Shown here: positions 39,242-49,333 of the stretch, piece after piece
Numbering within the stretch: position 1 is the first letter of the stretch
Layout of the letters: every line of letters starts with the position of its first letter
From: Rhizodiscina lignyota
Taxonomy: Eukaryota
Direction: 5' to 3'
NCBI GenBank assembly: GCA_010015805.1
Contig: ML978127.1
Span: 62,001-126,000 of the forward strand
Length of the DNA: 64,000 nucleotides
Notes under the pieces: model-generated
What the model saw: only the letters and a program-made list of their open reading frames with translations
What the model was told of the DNA's origin: nothing
Databases searched by the model: none
Translations under genes and position numbers: made by a program

Positions 39242-40060
39242 ATGTCGAAAGATGTCGCGCCCTCCAAAGTCTCTCACGATGCCCTCGCGAAGCTCTTCTC
39301 CTCCCCTCTCGATGCGCGAATCACTCAGATGACACGTATTCTCTCTACCGCTGCAGGCATTGACTCGACATTCTGCTTCCTCGGCTATAGCATGGTCTTC
39401 GTCTCGTCTCAATTGAGGTTATTGTCTGAGGTCTCGCCAACTCCGCTCCTCGAAAAGGTCTCATGGCCAAATACGGTTACATACAAAGCGAAGATGCTGG
39501 AGCTGGCAGATTCAGCCAAAGCCCTGGGAGGAGTGTGCAGTGATGCGCGGACATTCCTTCGTCTGTGGGGCCTGCTGAAGATATACGTCGGCATGAAGGC
39601 GCTGTACCTGAGCCCACCGAAGGATAGCATCATTAAATACCTCGCTTGGGGCCAGCTCACCGCTATGGGAGCCTACCTCATCAACGAGAACCAAGTATAT
39701 CTCGCATCCAAGGGCGTCTTGAAGGGCCGCACGCCTGCACAACTCGGCGTAAAGCTGCGTCTCGCGATATGGGTATTTGGGGCGTACTTGGTTCTGGACT
39801 TTGCCCGCCTATTCCGTACGTGGCAGGTGCAGCAGAAAGCTGTCAGTAGTGATGAGAAGGATGTCATTGCAAAAAGAGAAGAGGAGAACCGGTCTTGGTA
39901 TCGGTCGCTCTGGGTGGACTCTTCGTACTTCCCACTCTGCTTCCATTGGGGCGTGGAGGGCGGGTCTTTGCCGACACAGTGGGCGGATATGGTCGTTGGC
40001 CTTCTTGGAGCGAGCGCAGGTTTTGCGAATTTCCGGGAGCAAGTCAGGATCAATTCGTGA
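39242..40060 (+). CDS. PEX11C: Peroxin 11C-like protein
   Basis: ILSTAAGID, DARTFLRLWGLL, YLASKGVL, LDFARL and YFPLCFHW motifs typical of the fungal Pex11C subfamily. Confidence 0.7.
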   Translation: MSKDVAPSKVSHDALAKLFSSPLDARITQMTRILSTAAGIDSTFCFLGYSMVFVSSQLRLLSEVSPTPLLEKVSWPNTVTYKAKMLELADSAKALGGVCSDARTFLRLWGLLKIYVGMKALYLSPPKDSIIKYLAWGQLTAMGAYLINENQVYLASKGVLKGRTPAQLGVKLRLAIWVFGAYLVLDFARLFRTWQVQQKAVSSDEKDVIAKREEENRSWYRSLWVDSSYFPLCFHWGVEGGSLPTQWADMVVGLLGASAGFANFREQVRINS

Positions 40061-40334
40061 GTGGAAGGTTGAACGACGAAATCGAGCAATGGGCCCACCA
40101 TCGCCAGAGAGGTTGGTCTAACATTCGCTGATCTCATCGGTGTCACAATCTGGTGGAGGAAATCAAAAATGCCTTGCACGGGAGTACAAAGTTGAGTGCA
40201 AATATTATCTTTGCCCTTCCTATGGAGCGGCAATACGTTTTTAGGAGGGCGTTACCCTACTTTTCGACAGGCTGCAATGATTACATTACTGCATCCACTA
40301 ATACGCCCGAATTTTGGCTAGGTTATCCAGGATC

Positions 40335-41414
40335 TCACTGAATCTTTAGCAGCTTCTGCGCATTCTTATACGCAATCATCTCCCACTCGCTCTCCGTCAC
40401 CAGCCCACTCGTCTTCAACTCAGCCATGAACATACTTCCGTTGACACTATTCCCGAATGGATAGTCAACGCTATACATGATCCTATCCACTGCTGTGTTC
40501 CGCAGCATCGTCCCCATCGGGTTCAGAGAGAAGAATCCAGCCGTCGTCACCCAAGCATTCTGCGCCCACGTTTCTTTCAAACTCAACCGGCTCGTGTTCT
40601 TCGGGCTGAGGAACGCGTCCGCTCGCTCCAACATGTATGGGACCATCTCTCCCATATGACCCAACACGATCTTCAGTTTCGGAAATTGCGCGAATACACC
40701 TCCGCTATAGAGACGCAGAAAGTGCAGACCGGCGTCTTGATGCCAGCCCCAAGCTACGATGCCCAGATCTGCGGCTGTGAAGAGACTGAAGTCCTGCGGC
40801 GAAGCGGGAGCGTAGATTCCAGCGCCGATGTTTGTGACGTTGCCCACATTCGGTAGGGTTGGGTGCAAATAGATTGGAACGTCCAGCTCTTGCGCCTTGG
40901 CCCAGAAGGGGTAAAAAGCTGCACCATCGTAGTACGTCCCATTGGCGAGATGCGTCTCTACAAGAGCTCCGACGAACCCGAGCTCCTTCACACAACGTTC
41001 GAGTTCTGCAGCCGCGGCTTCTGGCTGTGCCATAGGCAGTCCTGCAAATGCTGCAAATCGATCTGTATTGTTCGATATTGTGGCAGCAAGCTGGTTGTTT
41101 GCGAGTGTGAACGATTCCGGTGAGTCAAGCGCTGCTGGGACTGTGACGTGCGAGACCACCTGTTTACGGATGTTATTCGCTGTCATGTTTTGGAGACGCA
41201 GAGGACCTAGGTCGCGTAGATGAGCAGGGAAGGATGGCGGATTGCTGCCATTGACGAGGAGCTGAAAGGCGATGTTGGAGAATGTTGCTGAGTCTAGGGC
41301 AGGCGAGAGCCAGTGCTCTTCCAAAGTGATGAAGAGGAGAGAATCATCTTCAACTGCTACGGCCGTCCAGCTAAAGCACGTACATAGAAGCGATAGTAGG
41401 AGTAAGTGCAGCAT
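40335..41414 (-). CDS. Amidohydrolase-2 family protein (2,3-dihydroxybenzoate/gamma-resorcylate decarboxylase-like) with signal peptide
   Basis: ITLEEHW, PIYLHP, AWGWH, IVLGHMGEMVP and IMYSVDYPF metal-site motifs; N-terminal MLHLLLLSLLCTCFSWTAVA. Confidence 0.88.
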   Translation of the reverse strand: MLHLLLLSLLCTCFSWTAVAVEDDSLLFITLEEHWLSPALDSATFSNIAFQLLVNGSNPPSFPAHLRDLGPLRLQNMTANNIRKQVVSHVTVPAALDSPESFTLANNQLAATISNNTDRFAAFAGLPMAQPEAAAAELERCVKELGFVGALVETHLANGTYYDGAAFYPFWAKAQELDVPIYLHPTLPNVGNVTNIGAGIYAPASPQDFSLFTAADLGIVAWGWHQDAGLHFLRLYSGGVFAQFPKLKIVLGHMGEMVPYMLERADAFLSPKNTSRLSLKETWAQNAWVTTAGFFSLNPMGTMLRNTAVDRIMYSVDYPFGNSVNGSMFMAELKTSGLVTESEWEMIAYKNAQKLLKIQ

Positions 41415-42693
41415 TCTGAAAACTCGACGAACGACAGTTCAGACCGTGCAGGCAATGAATGAAAGAAAAATCGCGTTGCGCCGCGTTTCTACGCGCTACT
41501 CGCATCTCACCTTTATAACTCCCCGCGGCAGAGCAGTCACTTGCACAGACACCTAGTAAATGTTCTTGAATTGAAGCGCACTACCGATGGTCCCACGGAG
41601 TTCACGCGGTGAAGGAAGCTGACATTACGTGGATCGTTGTGGGGTTACCGGCACGAATTCCGCGACCACGATGATCTGTTTGCGATGGAAAACTGACTGT
41701 GATGCTGAATGAAGTCATTTGAGGGGTTCCGAAGGTTTGAATGTCACTGCCTAGCAATGTCCAGTGGCATAATTGAAGAAAGTAGCTTCGAAATGCAACC
41801 ATTACGAATTTGCTACCGGACTTCCCGGAGTTCGAAGCTATTAAGACTAGTCGTCCATTGACTGTAACAAAGACATTGAACTCTGCTCGTTGTTCAAAGA
41901 GTTTGAGTAGAGAAATTGGAGCAAAAGCTTGGATTGGAAAGTTGTGATAGTTCTCGGAGTTAGAGTCCTGAGGTCTCCACAATCAAGGGTTGACAAAAGC
42001 TCAAGAGAAATACTTTAGGGGAATATCACCACACCGATAGCAAATTTGAACATGAACAGCGACTTGAAATGGGTTATGATGATATCAGACGGAGTTTTAA
42101 GACACGCATATCAAATTTGAAATACTGGGGAGAAAATCCCCGCTCGACCGTCGAGTGACTAGGAACTGGACCATCTGGGAGTCTGTGCAGAAGCTTGGTT
42201 CGGCGACGGCTATCTCCATGCGTGCATGAACACGAGATCCAGGAGAAAGCGGGCCGGAGTGATCTTTAAAGAATAAGAAGATAGGGTAGCTTCACGTTGG
42301 GCTATTATCAAAGAATCTCGGGTTGGCTAACTCTACTTCAGGCAGTAGCCCATCCTCAACCATAGCTTAGTAATCGGATTGGCTTGAGCCCTTCAAGCCC
42401 CGAGTTTAGAGAAAGAGGTCGATAATTGCGAGATTATAGCATGATTTTGGCTCAAAGATAGAGTGGACTTTGCATTCGACGGATTCTATTGTTTCGTATC
42501 TACGCCAACCATGACATCAGAGGCGCTTCTCGATCTTGGCGGATGTTGTAGAGAATACTCGACATCTTTTATTTACAAGTGTCATCGACCTCATATGCCA
42601 TTATCAGATGGGTGGTAGAATAATCCCATCGTTGAGGTCGCTTCAGCAGTAAACGCCGCGGCTGGACCACCAATACATGACATTCGTTTACAC

Positions 42694-43328
42694 TCAAGAG
42701 CAAGCAGGCAGCGCCCCCTGACTCGTTGCAGTCTCCGCAAGCTGGACCTCCGCTGCCCTCCGCTTCTGCAAACCACTCAAAACCTGGCCGTCAGATTCAT
42801 CCCACTTCGGCAACTCCTGAGAAATGACCGTGTCGACGTCTTCCGAGCAGGTATTTAGGCGCGAGATGAGCGTGGAGGAAGCAGCATTTCCGCATCCGAC
42901 ATTGAAAGCCAACGAGACCAGCGCGCCATATTGGTTCGCGTTGAGGACGACGCAGCTAGCGGTATCAAGAGTAATACAGTTTTGTGCGACCTGTCAACGT
43001 TAGATTAAATGTGTGTGAAGTAAATGGTATGAAGGTGTAATACAGCAAGATCCGATTGAAGGAGCGCTTGGCCATCCGCATCGCTGAGCGGAATTGGATA
43101 TGGCACATCAGAGCAGGAAGAGTCTGAGCATAGATGACCGTAACCGATCGTTGGATTGCCAGTAGGGTCTGCGTATTCCGTTGCTGAGAACCCTTCGAAC
43201 GACTCAACCAGGCTGAGAGTCGCTTGGTTCACGCCAGGCCCGGTGCAACGAGCCTGCAGGTGGGTTGGAATCGCGAGGGTGACCGGGAGGACAGCAAAAG
43301 CTGCGACTAAGAAGATATGAGAAAGCAT
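42694..43328 (-). CDS. Secreted GH24 (phage-type) lysozyme/muramidase
   Basis: Signal/pro-peptide; SFEGFSATEYADPTGNPTIGYGH (E-x8-D-x5-T triad); intron 43043-42991; exon 2 NANQYGALVSLAFNVG..GLQKRRAAE. Confidence 0.92.
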
Positions 43329-44345
43329 GCTAGGCTATTGGATTATTGTATTGTGATTTCTGGAATTCGGATGCAATTCTAGAGAGGACTTGCCCACCTT
43401 TCACGCCATTCTTATACCCTTAAACTATACAAGAAAGGTACCAAGAATTTGATGGGGTTGACGAATGCGGAAGCTGTACAAATCGCAAAAGTAGTGTCGC
43501 AGTCACTGACGATGAAAACTCGCCTTGCGCGAAGATACTTACCAAGTACGGGTTAAGGAAGAAGCCTTCGTCAAAGTTTTACTTAAAGAGACTGAGCGCA
43601 AGACCCCTAGTGCGACTCTCTGTTTTATTGTAAGAAACTGGGTTACAGCAAATCCGAGCGATTTCATGAGAACGTGTCACTACGTCGGCCTCGTGAACGG
43701 ATCTGAGAATGGAAGGTGATGCTGATCGACAGTCCTAACGCGTCGAGAGCCGAGAATCCTACAGTAGTACGGCTTGGACCTGCATGTCGGAATGACAATC
43801 GGCGGCCTAGTTGTTCGAAGTGTCTATGTACGTAGTAGTACGAAAGCCTGAAGGATGGCGGAGGCAGGCGGAATATTGACGGTCGTAACTTTGACATGAA
43901 AGCTCACATCCTTCGGCTTGACCGGAGAACTTTTATGCCGGTGCCAAACAGCTGAGCACAGGGCTATAAAGTAAGTCTGAAATATCGGAATGTGAGGAAG
44001 ACTCTGAAATTCATGCAGAGCATTTTTGACGCTGGGGAACTCATTGGTGTCATCCTGGAGAAGCCTGAAATTTTGCATAACTTGGACATATGGTATGGCT
44101 CCAGAGGAAGGCAAAATTAAGCAGTCTTTATATCATTTGCACTCCTGGCACATTTTGGTTCACAAAGAGCAAGTAGTAAGCTGGACGTAGTTCTTAGATA
44201 GCCATAATGTATTTAAGTAACCCCATTCAAGGCCCATTGAGCATACACTAGGTAGATACTGAGTACGTCCCTTGAAGATTCCTTGCCAATATCTAAAATT
44301 GCACCTGCAGTGTATACCACTTCCTCCTCCGAGCAGTGACCGATC

Positions 44346-44660
44346 TTAAGGGTTCGAGCAGTCAGCGCAGCCTTCCGATACGCACCCGCCGCATGTGCAT
44401 GTCGGGGAAACGCAGGACGCTTGCGCACCTAGCTGTGAAGACGATGTTAGTCAGTTCACAGCGACACTTGAGATAGGAGTATGAATTACATCGAAAGTGA
44501 ATGGGCCGCCATTGGGCAATGTGCCGGCACAGAAGGCCCCAGAACCTGTGCTCGCTTCGCATTCAGCCTGGACGGTGACGCCTTGACGGGCAACGAGGCC
44601 GTTGGAAGGAGCAGCCATGGCCGCAGCAAGGAAGGTAAGAATGAGGAGTGAACTATGCAT
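44346..44660 (-). CDS. Small secreted cysteine-rich protein, 85 aa, 8 Cys
   Basis: Exons 44660-44490 and 44432-44346; intron GTAATT..CTAAC..CAG (57 nt). Product MHSSLLILTFLAAAMAAPSNGLVARQGVTVQAECEASTGSGAFCAGTLPNGGPFTFDLGAQASCVSPTCTCGGCVSEGCADCSNP. Confidence 0.82.
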
Positions 44661-46542
44661 AGTGAAGAGTTTGTTTGTGATGAAAGTTTCGACTCGGTGG
44701 TTCTGGCAAATCAATTCGATGAGAGTTGGCTGGTTGAACTGTGATTTCGCAGTGGACCCGAGGGAGATTTATAGTTCTCGATAGCCACCTCTTTCCGCTC
44801 TTCGTATAAGCTCGCATTCAGAACTCCGCAAGAATTTCCTTAAATAAACCTCTTTCACTAGAATGGGTAGCAAATGGATGCCGTTAGACAACGAGACGTC
44901 ATGGTATCCCAGGTTGTATATAACCCCCTTGTCGATACAGCTGGCATTCCTTTCGGCTTCGGTACAGAAGTACCCGTATCCCGGGTGCCCTGAATACCCA
45001 AAATTTACATACAATTATCGATTTTTTGGTGCATATCCCCCTACGTGCCCTTATAAGTCCGGGTGCCCTAATACCGGACCGATGAATGCCGTGTCGACAA
45101 GGGGGATAGTTCAGACGGTCTTCAAATCCATGTCGGCACAGCCTGATGAATACCGTTGAATGATTGTTGAAACAAGATTTCGGGGGCGAAGTTGACAGAG
45201 TGACGGAGTCTATGAGCTTATTTATAAGGATCGTCGATGTTTCCATAGTAGAGTCTCACTCAGTTGTGGAACTGGGCGGATCATCGCTGATACGGACGTC
45301 GTGGGCGTACGAATGAAATGCCTCCTCTCGTCTCTGAATAACATGAATTAGTCGTACTTATAGCCACCGCAGGATACAATATGCCGGGCTCTAGTTGAAA
45401 CCCTCAGTACAACTGAGCGCTGCGTAAGTATTAAACGGAGGAAATATTCGAGCTCCTCGTCTCGCGGAATTTACTTGACTTGAACAGTGCAGAGAATATC
45501 ATGTTATATAATACCGCATAGCCGTCGAAGCTAGAGAGACAGTAGAGTCATTGCGACTAATTGTGGCTTCATTTGGTTAGTGATAGCATATTTTCCAAAA
45601 TAAAGGACACGACATGAAAATCCATCGCTGCCTCTTAATTCGGAATGGGAAGGCTTGTGGGTTGGGAATTTGAGAAGAAAAACGGAGATTCATTGTGAAA
45701 GTGATGTATATGAGTCTGACGAAAGAGGTGATCGAAAGACTCGAAGGGAAGTTTTCGAAGTTGAAAATAATTGAACAACCTTTGGCTGCATCGCTATTGG
45801 ATCCAGTCACGTTGCTGGGAATAAGAGAGGATAATGATTAGAGACTCCTATCTTAAAGAAACAGGGCAAGAGAGTTATTCTGGCATCTGTTACAAGCTGA
45901 CTTGAAAGTGATCCAATCAGTTTGCTCTGAACGTGGAGAGGAGATGTAGGTTGACAAGGTTGGGATAAACCGTAAACGGCGTCGGTACTCGAACTTTCAT
46001 CCTCTTTCAGTGGCATCACGAAAGAGCAGGTGCAATCGTTGTTAAGGCGGAGATGACAAATACACTGTTCCGAATACATGTAGTTACTGTATGGAGTTGG
46101 ACTCGAAGGTGATGGTGAACGGGGGACAGGGGGGACTGACGGAAATACTTATTCGTCCGTCTTCTCCGGCCAAGCCGACCTCAGTTCGCTCGGTGCGCTA
46201 ACTTCCATTACATTTCTAAGGAGTACGATTGCGGAATACGTCGTCTTACTCAGACAGAGCACAAGCTTTAGATTAAGCTTGCGAAGTAACGAATAGAGTA
46301 CTGAGATGCGCTGTGGCAGCATGTCGATGCTCCACAAATGTCTCGTTCAGCTTGCGAACGACCAAGATTTGCCTGTCCGGAGTTCAGTCACATCCGTCGC
46401 CGTTTACGATCTTGTCCAGGAAATAAGCCGATTATATGGAACATCCAGACCGCCCATCTCGAAGTACCGTTTAAGATGATCCATTTCCTATAAGTTCTGT
46501 TAAGGTTTGAAGGCTGAGGAATTGTGGTTTGTATTCGGCAAC

Positions 46543-47250
46543 ATGAGCAACGCGCCAGACGATCAAAAAGGTGCAAACCGACTCGGTCTTCTGCACCGTG
46601 ACGAGCTTCTCGAAGATGGGCAGCAGCTTCATGACCAAATAACGCAGCTCATGAATGCACACTACGATGACAGGTATGTTTCAGACACCCCAGCTCGAAA
46701 GCAAGCGCTGATCAGATCTTCCAGCGGAGTGACCACACAGCTCCCTGATGGGCGTTATATTGGTCCCCTGGCCATCATGCTGCGCACGCCGTCCATTGGC
46801 TCTGCCTTCTTCGGCCTCTCTGCCGCCATATCCCGTCTTGCTGCATCTGCGAAACTCACTCCACGCGTCCGAGACGTCGCCGTCAACACTGTCGTTGGAA
46901 ATGCTAAAGCAGCATACGCCGTCTATGCCCATGGTATACTTGGAAAGCGCGCTGGGCTTTCTGATGAAGAGCTGGACGCAATCTCAACGGGGCAGAGACC
47001 GAAGACGCTAGACGAGGCGGAGAGCGTAGCGTGGGAGATGGCAAGAGATCTTTGCGTACAGCCTGAAAGGGGAGCGTTACAGGATGAGCTATGGGACAGA
47101 GGAGTGAAGGTCTTAGGAGAAGAAGGAGCGATAGCGCTTGTTCATGAAGTGGCATTCTATCAGTACATCTCGACGGTGTTGAACGGGTTTGATGCGAGAC
47201 GGCCAGATGGGAAAAGATGGAATAGAGAGGAAGGAACATGGACACAATGA
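46543..47250 (+). CDS. Carboxymuconolactone decarboxylase / AhpD-like protein
   Basis: GPLAIMLRTPSIG, LTPRVRDVA, YAVYAH..GKRAGLSDEELDAI and LVHEVAFYQY motifs of the CMD fold. Confidence 0.78.
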   Translation: MSNAPDDQKGANRLGLLHRDELLEDGQQLHDQITQLMNAHYDDRYVSDTPARKQALIRSSSGVTTQLPDGRYIGPLAIMLRTPSIGSAFFGLSAAISRLAASAKLTPRVRDVAVNTVVGNAKAAYAVYAHGILGKRAGLSDEELDAISTGQRPKTLDEAESVAWEMARDLCVQPERGALQDELWDRGVKVLGEEGAIALVHEVAFYQYISTVLNGFDARRPDGKRWNREEGTWTQ

Positions 47251-47573
47251 ATCCGAGTGGAATGCAAGTAGCTCCCATTATCAGGTAGTGTATACCTCTT
47301 CTACAACATTTTACCGCTCGCACATCCGATTGAGGCTATTTCTTCGTTTGCTTGGTGTTTAGTGTGGCAGGGAAGACAAGCACGAGAATACCATGACAGC
47401 TGAATTTATGGCCCTCTCCAAGGCTCAATCGCGGCTCATTGATTTGAAGAGGAAGAAAGTTGAAAGAGAAGGGAAGGGGACTGGGAGAGTACGGCACTCT
47501 TGCTAGGCGCACCGCTCGGGCTCTCCCGCAGGGCTACGTGATTCACTAACAACATTCGTTGGACCCTAACACA

Positions 47574-47578
47574 TATAA
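47574..47578 (+). promoter_or_regulatory. TATA box of a putative Pol III ncRNA gene
   Basis: TATAA lies ~29 nt upstream of the predicted 5' hairpin at 47603, as in fungal U6 promoters. Confidence 0.55.
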
Positions 47579-47602
47579 GTAAAATAACTTTTACATACTA
47601 TC

Positions 47603-47801
47603 GCCTTCGGGCATCGTGGGGTAATCGGTACAGAGATTAAACTGAAAAGAACGGGTACGGTTAACGTGTTGCAGGGCGGTTCGATCCCCGAAGGGATCAA
47701 AATACTAACATTTAGGCGCTCAGTGACGGACAGCACCTTCTCGTGGTACTGGGTGTGAGTAGTCTTGAAAAAGATGAAACTAAGACTGTCCATTATTTTT
47801 T
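47603..47801 (+). ncRNA. Unidentified Pol III-type, intron-containing small RNA with an antisense element to U2 snRNA
   Basis: 5' hairpin GCC-TTCG-GGC; A-box-like TGGGGTAATCGG (47617-47628); CAGAGATTAAACTGAAAAGAAC (47631-47652); intron GTACGG..TACTAAC..TTTAG (47655-47715) containing B-box GGTTCGATCCC (47678-47688); T6 at 47796-47801. Confidence 0.75.
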
Positions 47802-47812
47802 GGCATTTTTTT
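47796..47812 (+). terminator. Pol III oligo-T terminators
   Basis: T6 (47796-47801) followed by T7 (47806-47812), directly after the structured RNA body. Confidence 0.65.
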
Positions 47813-49333
47813 AAAATGTTTATTTTATTTTTTGGGATCTGTAGGCCTTAAGCGGAAACCTACCTGCGTCTTGTATTTTTTTCACTGCACCTTTCTTTTT
47901 TTTTGACTTGAGAACATCAAAAGATATTACTGGAGTATATGTGTCACTCTCTATCTTACGACTCTAATCTATAACCTCTCGGACTCTCAATAGCTTGAGC
48001 TATTCTGTAGTGGAATTAGACTGGGGAAGCTTCGTTGAGCGCTGACCCATAGCGGGATCCTCTACAGAAGTTCATCATTTCAGTCTACCATCAGTGGCCA
48101 GAATAATTGGTTAATGTCATCGGTTCTACTAATATTGTACTTGAATAATCTATAACTGTGCCCCAAATACTATTATATACATGCCAGAGATGAGACGCTT
48201 TCAACTGCGGCGGTGAAGCCGATCATTTTACAGGATGCGCAACCACTGAACGAAATGAGATAGTTTCGGCATTCGAGGAGCGCATTAGCTACAGCAATTC
48301 CTATATTGGTCCCTGTGCCTTATGAGGTCTACTCAAAAGGGTGGATCGAGCATTTGACCCTTTTACTGCCGCCGTTGCAAGCTGCGAAACGCGAGTCGAG
48401 CAGCGCCGCCTTATTGGCCGCACGCACAATGAACGTCGAACAAAGAAAGGCGTTCGCACAGGCCTCTCCTGGCTTGCGCCAACCACGAGCCTGTTAAATG
48501 CCCGGTCGGACGTCGTACCTGCGCTAGCACCCGCCGTCTTACCCTCAAACTGCCGCCAAGCAGGCCAACCTGAGACGCTCCGAGCTTGAGAGGGCCACCC
48601 GCTTCTTCCTCTCCTTCACCACCACACTGCATGCTGCCGTGCAACAGGCGAGCTTGACTGGAGGTCGCCGCGCGCCCATTGTCGCCGTCTTTGTCGCGAA
48701 GTTTGATTTGATGCAAGCCTGCCTCGTGCGCTTTATTGTCCCTCCTTTCAACACCCCCACGGCGAGACGCTCAATATCGGGTACTTCCAAATCCCAACTA
48801 TAGCCCCCCTGCCGCCCATTGTCAGACGAAGAGACGCGCCAGCTGCCACCTTACAACGGCGCTTCTACAACTCTTCAACTTCGAACGGCGCAACATTCTT
48901 TTCCTTCGTTGAAACGGGATCGCTCGGCCGCACACGACGCGGAGACAGGAGCAGCGCGCAGAGCGGGCTAGAACGACATTCATTTGTAGCACCACCTCGA
49001 GCGCTTGATGCGGATCGAACCAAACCCATTTCAAGCTGCTGACGAACAAGCGGAAAGCAGCATACACTCCCTTTACGATCTTCTACCTGCTTTACACTCT
49101 GTGTCGCAATAAGCAAACATTGGCAGGGTATATACCGCTTCACTCGACAGCCGGACTGATCTGAAACGAGGCACTTCACCGTCACCCGAACCCTATTGCA
49201 AACACAACTTATGCTTGCAGTTATTTCCGGTATAGCTGGCCTAATAACTGCTTCACACTCGTTGCGCTCATTCCAATCTCACCGCAATTCTCCACCACTA
49301 TCACAAAGCGACAAGCAGGAGCGATAAGACACC

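Noticed and set aside
41550..42650. Possible gene or transposon relic in the gap before the lysozyme
   Set aside because: No long ORF, TIR, LTR or recognisable domain.
45200..46500. Short minus-strand ORFs as a pseudogene
   Set aside because: Could not be joined into a recognisable protein by eye.
47560..47572. ACCCTAAC as a telomerase template or telomeric repeat
   Set aside because: A single short match with no tandem repeats or supporting structure.
47600..47700. Functional U2 snRNA gene on the minus strand
   Set aside because: Only ~28 nt match U2. There is no stem I (GCCTTTTGGCTTAGATCAAG), no intact GTAGTA and no Sm site, and all promoter, intron and terminator signals point to the plus strand.
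47617..47700. tRNA gene suggested by the A- and B-boxes
   Set aside because: No cloverleaf or acceptor stem could be formed, and the B-box lies within a spliceosomal-type intron.
47603..47801. Calling the element U6 snRNA
   Set aside because: It has a U6-like 5' hairpin and ACAGAGA, but lacks AGATTAGCATGGCCCCTG and the rest of the U6 core even after intron removal.
48300..49330. Multiple short ORFs upstream of the KCH-like gene
   Set aside because: Most simply promoter or a long 5' UTR; no coding signature.
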